Source of the DNA: Eledone cirrhosa
Taxonomy: Eukaryota
NCBI GenBank assembly: GCA_964016885.1
Contig: OZ024741.1
Location: 282,906,001 to 282,970,000, forward strand
Direction: 5' to 3'
Length of the DNA stretch: 64,000 nt
The position numbers and the translations under genes were made by a program. Shown one piece after another: positions 23,626 through 36,803 of the stretch. Position 1 is the first letter of the stretch. Each line of letters begins with the position of its first letter. The notes below the pieces were generated by a model that was not told the origin of the DNA, did no database searches, and worked only from the letters and a program-made list of their open reading frames with translations.

Positions 23626-24112
23626 TTTCTGTGTTTTTTGTTTATTTTTTTTATTTGTAATATTATTTATCCAATTGGGAATAAAATAGATCTACATTGT
23701 GTTAACTCGTTACGGTTGAGTCAATAATTTCAGACAGGAAATACATTGTTATCGATGAAGGAAAGACAAAATTCTAACTGGCTGCGCTCGAAGTGCACTT
23801 GGCCCAGTTGACTGTGGGTTTTTCCATTGTTAGGATCTCAATTGCCGGATAATGTCTAGACACACCTGCACACCTGCGGTCAGACCATAGTTATGCTATC
23901 TGCATGCTCATTCAAATGCATTCACACTGGCTGTCTAAAAGACATACAAATATGGCTTATAAAACTTACCAAAGTAAAGAGCCTTCCAGTGCCCCCAAAG
24001 CTCCAAACGCCCCCCTCCCCCCTAACGCCCCCTTGCTCCCAAACGCCCCCCTGGAGTTCCGAAACGCCCCCGGGGGTGCATATGCCCCCCGTTGAGAACC
24101 TTTGCCCTAGAT

Positions 24113-24372
24113 ATTCCTCTACTTTCTACCCATGAACAGTTATATGTAAGTTGTTCATGAGTGGAAACACCTAGAAATCTTCATATACTATGCACGAACG
24201 GTAAAATGAAGAATCTGGTGTATCTGGAAGTTTTTACTTTTTTTTTTGTCACCCACACACCACAGTCTCGCCTCATACTGTAAACCAGACAAACATCCAA
24301 TACAGTAATTTTCTCTTCAACCTGTCTTCTCTTATCTGTTTACTCGGGCGAAGCTGGGTACCTCAGATAGTA
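24113..24372 (+). mobile_element. Helitron 3' end, same family as 19870-20110 but inverted
   Basis: HEQLYVSCS remnant; hairpin ACTCGGGCGAAGCTGGGT; reverse-complement similarity to 19870-20110. Confidence 0.7.
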
Positions 24373-24409
24373 TTATATATAGATATGGATAATTATATAC
24401 AAATGTATC

Positions 24410-24600
24410 TGTGTGCTAGAAATAGCAGTGAGGTTGGTTATCATACTGGGGATTCTTTTTTCTTCTTTGGTGTTATAAAATTAATATCAATAAACCTTCT
24501 TGGATATATCCTTATTCAATTGCTGTACTTATTTTTCGATTGTCAGTTTTCTCTTTTGTGTGATACGCAAGGAACCAGCCAACCAACAAACATCTCTTTT
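24410..24600 (+). repeat. Interspersed repeat (SINE-like), copy 1 of 3
   Basis: TGCTAGAAATAGCAG..TTCTTCTTTGGTGTTATAAAA..ATTGCTGTACTT shared with 25545-25830 and 30917-31160. Confidence 0.7.
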
Positions 24601-24610
24601 ATATCATGTA

Positions 24611-25514
24611 CTAGCATTAAAGCCCGGCGTTGTTCGGGGTCATTAAGTTACCAAAGTTAGGTTGCACCACCCATTTTATGGCAGCACTTTTTTGTCTGCC
24701 AGGCACTGGGTGAATGAATTGCAAACTTGGAAGCATGAGCTGCGCCAGCAGTGACAATTGTAGTTTCGCCTATGGATATTATCTCTGTGCAAAAAAGTGT
24801 TGAAATTTATTGTTTCACAGTACTTGCGCAACACGCGCGTAGACGATGCCAGCCGAACAACAGAGCTGCGATGGAGTTGTTCTGCATGGTTGTCTGTGTG
24901 TTTTCTAAATTTAAGACAGTAGGGAGGGTTGTGATATGAGGGAGAGTTAGCTGTTGTTTCTAGCATTTTTAGTGACCTCATAGAGGATATGTGTTTTCTA
25001 AATTTAAGACAGTAGGGAGTGGTGTGATATGGGGGAGAGTTAGCTGCTGTTTCTAGCAGGTTTAGTGACCTCGTAGAAGATATGTTTTCTAAATTTAAGA
25101 CAGTAGGGAGGGGTGTGATATGGGGGAGAGTTAGCTGCTGTTTCTAGCAGGTTTAGTAACCTCATAGAGGATATGTGTTTTCTAAATTTAAGACAGTAGG
25201 GAGTGGTGTGAACGGAAAGTATCACCATCAAGCTTGGAAAGAGAAAGTAGCAGAAAGTATGAAGTTGTATAGATTTTGAATGGTAGTAGAAAGAGTTCAG
25301 CAGTTTAAATGAGAGAGTAAAATCGTAAAATATTGAGTTTTATCTATTTTTTGCGTAATTGTGGGTGAAATTGAAAAAAGTATCTGCGTCAAGACGCAAT
25401 CGAAGCTATTTCGAATGCTGAATTGTAAATTTCAATTGAAGAAATTCTATATCGTAGATTTCTATAACGAAGGAGCATGACCACACACTGAGCTTTATAG
25501 ATTATGATGATAGA
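24611..25514 (-). mobile_element. Non-autonomous Helitron with about 92-bp tandem repeats (24897-25210)
   Basis: 3' hairpin CCCGAACAACGCCGGG plus CTAG at 24611; TC start near 25514. Confidence 0.7.
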
Positions 25515-25544
25515 TCATATATAAATGTGTGCGTGTGTGTGTGT

Positions 25545-25830
25545 AAAGCAGCGTTCGATTCCACGGAAACACTAGCCACGGAACATGAACATCGCTGACA
25601 ATGCAGAGAGAATCCCTTATGATTGTCTCCCAACCTGCTAGAAATAGCAGTCGAGTTGGTTAACATACCCTGGATGTTTTTCTTCTTCTTTGGTGTTATA
25701 AAATGAATATCAATAAATTTTCCTGGATATACCCATATTCTATTGCTGTACTTACTTTTCGATTGTAAGTTTTCGTTTTAGTGTGATGCGCGAAGACACC
25801 AACCAACCAACCAACAAACATATCTCATAT
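25545..25830 (+). repeat. Interspersed repeat, copy 2 of 3
   Basis: Similar to 24410-24600 and 30917-31160. Confidence 0.7.
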
Positions 25831-26291
25831 ATATATATTGTTGAAAATGAGTGAACAAAACACAGGAGGCAATTGTACACAGTTATATTAGGTTCAAGTT
25901 TGGTGGAATATATATATATATATATAATAGATTAGAACTCCAGCACACAATACTTAACATAACAAAACACACCCACAGGCACACAAACTAAACATCTCAT
26001 ACAAAAAAGAAAATTGATTCTGCGAAATACTCTACTGGCAATAGACGTAATTCTCGTGAAGAGTGAAATAACCATAAAAAAAATGACTTACAAAAATTTA
26101 AATAAAAATCAAAATGTAATCCCAAAAAGAGGAAATTGGAAAGTTCTTTAAACCCTGAAGAAGGGACTTTTAGGTCCTGAAATATTGGACAGAAAAAAGA
26201 AGAACAACAAAAACAAGACAAAGATTACCAGGTAACTTACTTTTCGTTACCTCATCTTACAATCAATTTTTGCATTCTATCTCTTTCAATG

Positions 26292-26399
<108 letters not shown>

Positions 26400-26619
26400 A
26401 GTGAGGTTTTTTTTACAAATTGAAAAATAACCGAGGTGTCCTACACAAGTGAAAGTATAAAAGAAAAAAGATGAAATCGAAAATGCAACTGCAGTCTTAT
26501 TTAAAAAAAATATATATATATTTATTTGGTTCCTTTACCGGTTTCGCAGTTCTTCTGCTTTTCAAAAGTAGAGTTGAGATGGAGGGTCTGTGGTTTTTCT
26601 CACATATATATATATATAT

Positions 26620-27073
<454 letters not shown>

Positions 27074-27103
27074 AACAAAAAGATGGTTAAAAGAGTTCCA
27101 TGT

Positions 27104-27172
27104 ATTTTATTATGCGCATTTCAAAAACAAATATCATCATGCAATAATATTTGTGTTTTCATCAGATAAAAC
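27104..27172 (-). ncRNA. Type I hammerhead ribozyme
   Basis: GUUUUAU CUGAUGA aaacACAAAUAU..AUAUUUGUuuuu GAAA UGCGCA UA AUAAAAU; palindromic stem III. Confidence 0.85.
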
Positions 27173-28310
27173 AGGAGGACATGATATGAAGGTTAAAAAA
27201 CACATGTGGATAGTGCAGTTTTAAATCAACATATGAGAAGTAGTTTTAGATTGATGTGTGATATTGGGAAAAATATTTTATTTAGAGGGGGGGTGGAAAG
27301 GATGAAAAAAAGGAGATGAGAGTGAAGGTGGAGAGGGAGGAGTATAATGAGGAAGGATGAGATAGGAGGAGAGATGGGTGATAGAGAGAGAGAGATAGCT
27401 TTTATAACTGAGAAAGATATATTGTTTTACATAGAGAGGTTGAAAACCGTTGGAAGATAATGTATAAATTAAAAGAATTTGAAAATTAACGAAGAGAAAA
27501 ATAATGTAAAGTTAAGGTTTGTATATTGAGGGGTTTGATAATATGTGAGAAGAAAAAGAAAGAGTTAATATGTATTGAGAATAATGAGTTAGATGAAAGG
27601 GAGAAAAGAATAATGAATTGAGGATGAATAATCTAACGTCAAAAAAAATGTATATGTTTACGAAGGATTTTTACAAGGTGATATAGAGTAAGAATGTGTT
27701 GTATTATGTAATAATTGATTCTATGTTAGGCAAGAGTGAGAAAAGGTACAGATTAGGGGTTAGACATTAGAAGAAGAAGAGAAGAAAGGGAAGTGATAAA
27801 TAGGGGTGATGTAAAAAGAGTAGACAAGTATTATAGAATTTGAAAAATAACGAAGAGAAAAATAATGTAAAGTTAAGGTTTGTATATTGAAGGGTTTGAT
27901 AATATGTGCGAAGAAAAAGAAAATGTTAATATGTATTGAGAATAATGAGTTAGATGAAAGGGAGAAAAGAATAATGAATTGCGGATGAATAATCTAACGT
28001 CAAAAAAAATGTATATGTTTACGAAGGATTTTTACAAGGTGATATAGAGCAAGAGTGTATTGTATTATGTAATAATTGATTCTATGTTAGGCAGGAGTGA
28101 GAAAAGGTACAGATTAGGGGTTAGACATTAGAAGCAGAAGAGAAGAAAGGGAAGTGATAAATAGGGGCGATGTAGAATGAGTAAACAAGTATTATAGAAT
28201 GTATAATAACCTTTGAAATAAGGTAGAAAGATGGGTATATTTTTAAAAGAAGTGTATATATATATATGTGCCTTTGAGAAAAAGATTCTAAATTGATAAA
28301 GAATTGAATA

Positions 28311-30647
28311 TTAGCTGTATACTTTGTGAAATGTTTTATGGAATTTATGCAAGCAGATAGAAAACAAGTCCGTGCGTCTTATTATAGAATCTAGATTAGA
28401 GATAATGGTAAATTTTTCATTTAGACAGAGATTGCAGATTTTAGATAGAGAACTGTTCAAGTATGGAGACGCAGAAGAAACCTTCTTCCAAAAGATGCTA
28501 TATTTAATATTTTTGTCTTTCAAGGACCATATGAGTTCTGAGAGAGCCGTGTTGGTTCTTTTAAGTTTGTATTTAAAAGACGAATGATGGTTATAAAGAC
28601 GAGCTTTAAAAGAAGTGGAAGTGGAGCCAAAATAGGTGAAGGAATTGGTGTCAGTTATAACTTTACATTCGTAAATTAAGTTTTAATCAAGACAATGGTT
28701 GTTGAGAGGACATTTATTTTTAATAGGGCAATTGCAATTGCAATTAGAGAGATTATTAATGAGTGACCTAGTGTTATCTATAGAAGGAATTGGATTTGAG
28801 AAGTTGTTTGCGATAGGAATAATAGTTTCTTGATTTAGAATGGGATTATGAACATTTAGCGAAGTTGTGTTTGACGTTGTATTTGGATTTGTAGAAATTA
28901 TCCTAGGGTTTACAATGACGTCGGGAGTACTATTATTATGAAATTCAGTGTTGGAAGGAAGAGATTTAGTATTTAGTATTTTATTGTTGTGTTTAGAGAT
29001 AATGTTGGAAATGTTGGAGGATGTAGAATAAGAAAATTTTATAGTGTGTTTGTTAAATATTTTACTATAGATATGTGAGGGAGGGAAGCATTTATTTAAG
29101 GCACTAAAGAATAATTTAGGAATATTGTTATTAATAGAGATGGAGAAAGGAGCATTATACCAGATTATGTTTTTGTATCTAGGTCTTTTATTAAAGTTAT
29201 TGGAATGATCATGATTAATTATTCTACTGTAATTTCTTCTAGAATTTGTTTCTTTACTATATTTGATTTTATCAGGATAGCCGGCTTTAGAAAGCGCGTT
29301 ATTATAGTAATTGGCGTTAGCATCAAAGATGTTTTTATTAGAAGATAGGTTAGATATTCTTTTTCCAATATTACTAACTATAGCATTCTTGATATTAGTA
29401 GGATGGTTAGATTTAAAGTTAACATAATTTAGGTTCTCATTGTTTTTACTAGTTTGATACTGTTATCAAATTCAATTTTTAGGTTATGTTGGTTAAAGAG
29501 ATTACGTATATTGTTCTTAATAATATTAAGGTTAACTATGTTGCAATTTAAGATAGTAAAGAGTCCATCGTCACGATAAATTCCACCGCGAAGTTGAGGA
29601 ATTTTCCGACTCAAAGAGTTCAAAATAAAGATACCAATTAAATCAGTCAATTGGGATGAATCGGATGCTCCCATTGTGATGTCGAAGTTGTTAGAGGTAT
29701 CGGCTCTGGTCCAATATTCGTTGTTGAATTCTAGGATGGTTTTACGTGCGGTGAGAATGATGTGAAGTTCATCTGTGGTGATGTCAGAATATTTAAGTGC
29801 GAAAGATAGAGCATTATTGAGAAGTGAAGGCGAAATGGAGGAATAGTAGCTGGCAATATCAAATTGAACAAATTTTAGTTTGTTTTTATTATTCAATTTG
29901 TTGAACCAGCTAATCACTTCAGAAGTACCAAACCATAAATTTAGGTTCAAAGAAGAGCAATTAGAACGAACCTGTGGGATAATTCTATCCAAGATGGCTT
30001 TACTAATAACCCCCAGATCTGATTTAGAGGGGGCGATTAATCTAACAGGTAGTTCAGTGCGAAAATTGTTTTTGTGATCCTTGAGATTTATCCTCGGAGT
30101 TCTTGGGAGGAATGGTTCTGTCTTTTTTTCAATGCCAAGTTTTGACATAATCTCAGAGGCTTCAAAGTTTATGTATTCTAAATTTTCATGGCTGGTTTTA
30201 CGATATTTTTTCCTAAGTTCCTTTAGGATAAGGTTGTTATAATTATCCTTGGAAATACCATATAAGTTATTGGTTTTGTCAGAGTGGACTAAAACATTTT
30301 TTGAGGAATTTAGGTTAGAAATTGTGTTCTTGAGATTTACAAGGTGCTCTTGTCCTTTGTAAGGGTATCTCTTGAATTTAAGATTTTTTTATAATTTTAG
30401 TTAACTCTTCCTCGAATTGCACTAGATTTTTGTTGGAAGGAGGATTTCTTCTAGAATTAAATAGATGATCGAGCAAGTTATGTTCTTTGGTATAGAAGTT
30501 CCCTTTTAGGCGCTGGTCATAGAAATAGGTTGTCCATCTAAGTCTTCTTACGAAGGAGTCAGTTTTTTCAAATAGAAGTTTGGTGAATTCAGATTTACCA
30601 GGTATAGGAATGTCTTTAGTTGAATTGGTTATGTTGTAATAATCCAT
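28311..30647 (-). pseudogene. PLE reverse transcriptase-GIY-YIG polyprotein (disrupted)
   Basis: STKDIPIP..LKDHK..RLIAPSKSDLG..FDIASYYSSI..TMGAS..GIYRDDG..CNC..CPL..LIYEC..YFGST..CNLCLNEK; frameshifts, stops and a deletion near 29430. Confidence 0.88.
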
Positions 30648-30854
30648 GTTGTAGAAGAAGAAAGAAGTAAAAGACCATCAAAAGGTATCCAATATGAGAG
30701 TAAGCGCTCAACCGTTAAGGAGCAAGTTAACCATCTTTTTGTTTAACCATCTTTTTGTTCCTATATATTATGTATACTCCAGTCCTACAAACTGTAGAGT
30801 GCTTCTTATCCGATATCTGCATTGCTTTATTGTACTACAATAAAACTCACCTCC

Positions 30855-30916
<62 letters not shown>

Positions 30917-30917
<1 letters not shown>

Positions 30918-31160
30918 GCGTGTGTACGTAAACCAATGTTTGAATCGGAGACAATTGTTACAAAACACTGTCATCACTGACAACGAATGCGCAGAGAGAA
31001 TCTCTTATGGTTGGTTCTCAACCTGCTAGAAATAGCAATCAGGTTGGTTAACATACACAGGATTCTTTTTTCTTCTTTGATGCTATAAAATTAGTATCAA
31101 TTAACCTTCCTTGATATACCCTTATTCCATTGCTGTACTTTTCGTTTTTCTGTGATGTTA
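30917..31160 (+). repeat. Interspersed repeat, copy 3 of 3
   Basis: Similar to 25545-25830. Confidence 0.65.
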
Positions 31161-31411
31161 CAAATGTGGACTCTTTCCGTTCCTCTTCAGAAAATTATTC
31201 ATAATTGTATGTGTGTGTATGGTCATAAACTGGAAAGGACATAGACCAATTCAGGCTATAAGAGTACTTTCTTTTGCTTGTTTCTAACCACCTGAACATC
31301 CACGAAAGAAGTTTCGGTCTTTATATTGCAAGGATAGCCTCAATTGGATGAATTTTTTCCCCACTAGCCATATTCAATAGGTGTATACACTCACATGTAT
31401 GTATGAGTGTA

Positions 31412-31810
31412 TTAACAATTTGACTTATTTTTGCATTACCTTTGATTTCATAGATACAAACAAATACATCTAACTCATCAGATGTATATCTGGTGAGTTA
31501 GATGTATATGTTTGCATCTAAAAAACCAATGGTAATAAAGTCAAACTGTTGATTGAATTTTTCCATTTGTTTCTACACACACAAAAACTATGCATGTGTT
31601 GTTTTTTTTAAATTTATTTTTCATCTGTTCCTTCCTCTTCACACTCTTTATCTTTTCTATTTTATCTTTTATTTTTCAGTTTATCTTCTGATGAAGGACT
31701 AGTGTCTGAAACGTTGACTCTTTTCCTATGATTTCAAGTGTTAAACTAATGTATTTCTTCATTGTACTGTGTCGTTTGCTTTGTTATTTCTGTTTATTTT
31801 TTACATGTAT
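31412..31810 (+). mobile_element. Probable PLE terminal remnant: fold-back (31412-31551) plus minimal HHR (31684-31719)
   Basis: Hairpin centred near 31487; CUGAUGA AGGAC uagu GUCU GAAA CG UU ga with a weak stem I. Confidence 0.55.
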
Positions 31811-32574
31811 ATATATATAGGAGTAGTACATACATACAGACAGACAGGCACAGAGAAGAGACAGAGAAAGTAAGAAAGAGCAAGGAGTTAGGTAAGAGAA
31901 AAGACAAAAGTAAGAAGTAAAGAAATGAAATTTGAAAATTCATTGGAGTATCAAGCAATTCAATTATGTGAACAAGAAAAATTATTAATTAATTTACTAT
32001 CTTATTGTGCTAATATCAATATCACTCACTTATTTGATGTTTTATCTATTTCATGCTTAATTGTGTAGCTATTCCCATTATAGTGTATTTTTTGTATGCT
32101 TTCTTTTTAAATACCATTGTCTGTTATCTTTGTTGTTGTTGTTGCTGTAATTCTTAACATTCTTATTAGTTGCAAGAAAGAGTGGCATTTCTTGACGTTG
32201 TAGTTATTTCCATAGTTAGTGTTATCTGTCTCGCTATCGATGAGATGATGAAATTTCATACATAAACAGGAATTTTGATGTGTTAAAATGACTCAAAAAC
32301 GTTGATTGTTCATTCATTCTCAATGAAAATTTAATTGACTAGTTTTTCACCAAGAAAGCAGGGGGTGGAATAAAATAAAATAAAATAAAATGAAATGAAA
32401 TAAAAACAGGCGTTAATCTTATAAACTATATTAGAAAATATTCTGATATTTCTTGTATTGATTTTGCTAATGAACACAACTTGTAAATGCGAAAAGAATT
32501 TTGTCAGATAATTTGATTGCATGCATTTAATATGTTCCAAAGAAACATAAACATTTTTTATTACCTATTCATGA

Positions 32575-32730
32575 AGGGTGGCAAATTGGCAGTCATTAAA
32601 ACATCTGATAGAGTGCTTTATGGTATTTGTTCTAGCTCTCTGCTCTCTTGAGTTCAAATCCAGCTGGGGTCAATTTTGCCTTTCGAGGTTGGTGTTTTAA
32701 ATTTTTATGGTCTAATTTTTGAAGGTAACA
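32575..32730 (+). mobile_element. Degenerate SINE
   Basis: TGAGTTCAAATCC..GGTCAATTTTGCCTTTC as in 19170-19285. Confidence 0.55.
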
Positions 32731-32970
32731 TCCAGTGTGTCTGTATGTACAAAAAAAAAAGAAAGAAATATATCTGGCGATTTACCAGTTGGGTTGTTCT
32801 TGATGGAGTAGAAAGGCTAGGTTATCACAATTTTTCCGGTTGATTTAATGGTGTAGCACCAAGTATAACTAAACTTTTACATGTATTCCACAGAGTTATA
32901 TATTGTCAGGATTGTAAAATAATCACTGAGGCAAATATGTTGCTGTTCAGTAATTTATTTATTAATTCAA

Positions 32971-35860
32971 CTAGCAGAAGTGCCCGGCGTTGCTCGGAGT
33001 TTAATTGCTTTAAAGTACTTTTAATGATTCCACTCAATTATGATTATTGAGGCCTTGAAAGTAAATACGGGTAAGTTTGAAAATATACAACAATAGCATC
33101 TACTCACCATATGTCAGACCGGCAAGACTGTAGTGGTGCTGAATAGAGGAGTCACAACACCTCTCTGTAGACCACACTTTTTGTTTTGCCTTTGGGCGCA
33201 AGTATGAATAAGTTCTGCTTGCATCCGACTCTTGAGTATGCGACGTATAATTGGCCGTGTGAGAAGCACGGCTGGGCTAAATGGAGGCCTGCCGTTGTTA
33301 GCGTTTGGCCTTGGGACTTGTTGATTGACATCGCGAAGCAAAGTTTAACGGGGAATTGAAGTCGGCGCAGAGTACAGGGGCATTCCGTACCTGATGGAGT
33401 TAATGTTATTCTGGGTATAAAGACGTTTTCTCCAGCGCCGCAGCTCGTGAGAATTGGGGCTTCAATTACATGCGGCAGGAGGTTTCTTACCACTAACCGT
33501 GTTCCATTGCAGAGACGCGGTGGCTCCAGGTTCCTCAACAGCATGACTGGAGTCCCAACTTTGTCGCGCAGATCATGAGGTGGCAGTCCAGAGAGGTCCA
33601 AGGAATTGAAGAATTCTGTTGGAAAATCGTCAACCTCATCTTTGTCCACAACTGTGTCCACAGATTTGTAGGAATGGAGGTTTCCAGGAATGCGTTGCAG
33701 AAGGTCCTCATTGATTTTTGCAACAGAGACATTTTTGGGAGCCAATATGGCTCTATCACATAGCCAACTCGTGTTTTTGTAGTTGATGGCCATATCGGGA
33801 AAGAGAGGCTGTGAGGTCGTCAACAGTGTCGACAATGGTGCCTACTTGCGAGACTGCCATTTCTCCAGCTGCATCTGAAGGTGCAATGCCGTCACCAACT
33901 GTTAAGAGGTCCTTTGAGAAGTCAGCTGATGAGTGGTCGCCGAGCAGTTGGGCTCTCATGTTTGTTGTGAGGGTCAGCATTGTCACTTTCTGCCACAGGA
34001 GAGATGACTTAATGCAAGCCCCCACAGTGTCGGCCCTGGTGGGTTTTGGAACAACTGGAAGAGTTTGTCGAAAATCGCCAGACAGCAGTAGAGGTACTCC
34101 TCCCATCAGCCGGTTGCATTCCCTGATGTCTCGTAGGGTCGTGTCTAACGCCTCAAAGGTCCCTTTATGGGCTATTGTGCATTCGTCCCACACAATTAGG
34201 TAGCATTTTTTCAAGACTTCTGCTTTGTCAGAGTCCTTGGTGATATTGCAGGTTATTGTGTCATCTGAAATCGTGTTGAATGGTGGTTTAAATGGGGAAT
34301 GAGCTGTCCTACCTCCGGGCAGCAGAGTTGCGGCAATCCCAGAAGAAGCCACAGCCAGGGCGATTCCTTTTTGCTGTCGCACTTTGGCGAGGAGGAGTTT
34401 ATTGACGAATGTTTTACCAGTTCCTCCTGGGGCATCCAGAAATAAGATACCTCCTGTGCGTTGACAAATGGAAGTGCAAACTGTGTCATTCGCCCGCCGT
34501 TGGTCCTGCAACAATTTCGGCTCATTTTCGTTGATGAACAGTTCGAGGGCGTCAACGTCGTAGGCAGTTTCCTGAATTATGCCCGTCGGAAGTTTGTCCA
34601 ATCCCGTTCGCTGAACTTTTGGCAGTCCATAGAATGGGAGGCCATTTCCGCCGGCAGTTAGGATTTTGTCCTCAATGTCAATGAGAGCTTTGTTGAAGAA
34701 TTCCTCGCTGAGTCGTACGTCGAAATGAGGGAGTAGCAGTTGTCCTTGGTGTATGTAGTCATCAGAAAGGTCCTGTTTGTATGTTTCCCATAAGGATACA
34801 GGGTCGCTTAGCTCACATGTCTGCAGTAGCACCGCAAAGAGTTGCCGAAGAGTTCGCGCTTAGCGTATTGTAGCTGCCTCCGCCAATGTCGCATCCCACT
34901 GAGCGCCATGCCATCTTCCAGTAGACCCCGTCTAAGGCAGGCTGCGCAGAATGAAGTACAAACCTCTCTGTTGATTGTTTTCAGATCGTTCATCTGTTGC
35001 TTTAGAAGATTTATTATTTGATGTAAAATGTAAGTGTGTAAAATTTAACGTTGTGAGAGGATTATGTATTTAATGTTATCGGCTTTTTAAGTTTTCGTTA
35101 TGACTATGTTTGTTGTTGTATAAATTGATGTGTTGCTTAGTTATCAAAGTTTATCTCGCGTTCCTGAACGAAGAGGGAGAATGATGTATTATAGAGAGAG
35201 GGAAGAGCGATGGAGAGAGTAAAGCTAAGGAACCATAAGGTGTGTTGAACCTCGAAGCATGAAGAGAGTGAAGCAGTTAAATTATAGAGAGGGGGAATAA
35301 TCTATTTTAGAAAGAGGGAAGAGCGACAGAGAGAGTAAAGCTTTGTTTGTTGTTGTATAAATTGATGTGTTGCTTAGTTTTCAAAGTTTGTGTCACGTTC
35401 CTTGAAAATAAGTTTTGTCGCTGTTGAAAACTGTAATGGTGATAGGGTAGAGACGGAGGCAGTAATTTTTTTAAGAGAGTTGCAGAGGAAATTGAGGGGA
35501 GAGTAGTAAGAGGGATGAACCTTTTAAAGAGAGTTGCAGAGGAGATTGAGAGTGGAGTAGAGGGAGGAATGAACATTTTAAAGAGAGTTGCAACATGTAT
35601 GTAGTTTCATAGATTGTTGATGGTAGTAGACAGAGTGAATAAGTGTGTAAGAGAGAGGGTTACAGCATGTATTTAGTTTTATCGATTTTCTTTCATAGAA
35701 GCAGGACATCTTTGGCAAAAGTTATTACGCGTTGACCATCCTTGGTAAATTTGGAGCACATTGGAAAAAGATTCATCAAAATCGGTAGAGAAATGTGGAA
35801 ATGCATAAAAATCATACACACACACAGACAGACATCTTCCGTTTTATATATATATAGAGA
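32971..35860 (-). mobile_element. Internally deleted Helitron
   Basis: 3' hairpin plus CTAG at 32971; 5' TCTCTATATA..; ends related to 8817-10069; Rep domain absent. Confidence 0.9.
33152..34993 (-). pseudogene. Helitron PIF1-family helicase (frameshifted)
   Basis: [46 protein letters not shown]-type motif, [12 protein letters not shown] across three frames. Confidence 0.92.
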
Positions 35861-35895
35861 TAATTAATAAATGATAATTTATACATATATATATA

Positions 35896-36290
35896 TCTTC
35901 TTCTTTGCCCACTTATTCTTGAGAGGATCGTGGGGCAGAGTCCTCAAACACTCCTTCCCAGCGGGTCCTGTCAGAAGCAGCCATCTCCAACTCATCTGGC
36001 TGGACCCCCAAGTGTGACCAACCAAGCTCATGGATGTTATACAACCATCTTGCTCAGGGTATTACCCCTGGGTCTCTTGCTGGTTGGTTTTGCTCATAAA
36101 ATATGTCCAGCAAATCTTTCTTGAGACATTCTAAACACATGTCCATAGAATCAGAGCTGTGATCTCTCAATTCAGAGAAGTAGCAGCTCTACCTGGAGTG
36201 AGTCTCTGATCTCTGAGCTACGCACTTTATCGAATAACATTACTCCAAAGGTACTTTGGAGGAATCCCATAACGGCCGCTTATATTCGCA
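35896..36290 (-). mobile_element. RTE-type LINE 3' fragment with (GAA)n tail
   Basis: Reverse complement gives YGHVFRM..KRPRG-like motifs; family distinct from the (GAT)n RTEs. Confidence 0.6.
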
Positions 36291-36299
36291 ATCATTAGA

Positions 36300-36339
<40 letters not shown>

Positions 36340-36341
<2 letters not shown>

Positions 36342-36803
36342 AAAGATTACTAAATGAGGAGAATGCATGGGAAGAAGAGACCCTACCCCAAGTAGACCCT
36401 ATAGAAGGGGCCAGCAGCACAAGTCAGCAGCAGCGTAGTAAGTAAGGCAATCAAAGATATGAAGACGGGGAAGGCAACCGGTTCATCGGTAGGTCATACC
36501 ATAACCACACTTATTGTTAACCAGGTAATACTAGAAGGTGTCATACCAAAGGATTCGTGCAGCAGCATCATTGTCAACTGCTACAAGGGTAAAGATGATG
36601 TACTAGATAGAGGAAACTATAGAGGTATAAAACTGATGGACCAGGTCAGGAAAGTAACAGAAAGAGTTATAGTACAGTTGATTAGGGACCGGGTGAAACT
36701 AGATGAGATGCAATTTGGGTTTGTGCCAGGAAAAGGCACCACTGATGCCCTCTTCCTTGTGAGGTAGTTACAGGAAAAGTACCTAGCTAAAAGTAAGCCG
36801 CTC
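36340..36803 (+). pseudogene. RTE LINE RT fragment, left part interrupted by the Gypsy element
   Basis: NYRGIKL..MQFGFVPGKGTTDA; collinear with 56318-56813; resumes at 41331. Confidence 0.9.

Larger units (their letters stand above)
21585..24104 (-). mobile_element. hAT transposon (Buster/Charlie-like), internally deleted
   Basis: TIRs CACAGGTTCTCAAC / GTTGAGAACCTTTG; 8-bp TSD CCCTAGAT (21577-21584, 24105-24112); subterminal AACGCCCC repeats. Confidence 0.92.

Noticed and set aside
23310-25210. Regular repeats as a CRISPR array
   Set aside because: Head-to-tail minisatellites without unique spacers; eukaryotic context; no cas genes
26150-26190. CUGAAGA-hairpin-GAAA as a hammerhead
   Set aside because: No convincing stem I; possible relic only
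33152-34993. Cellular PIF1 gene
   Set aside because: Intronless, frameshifted and enclosed by Helitron termini
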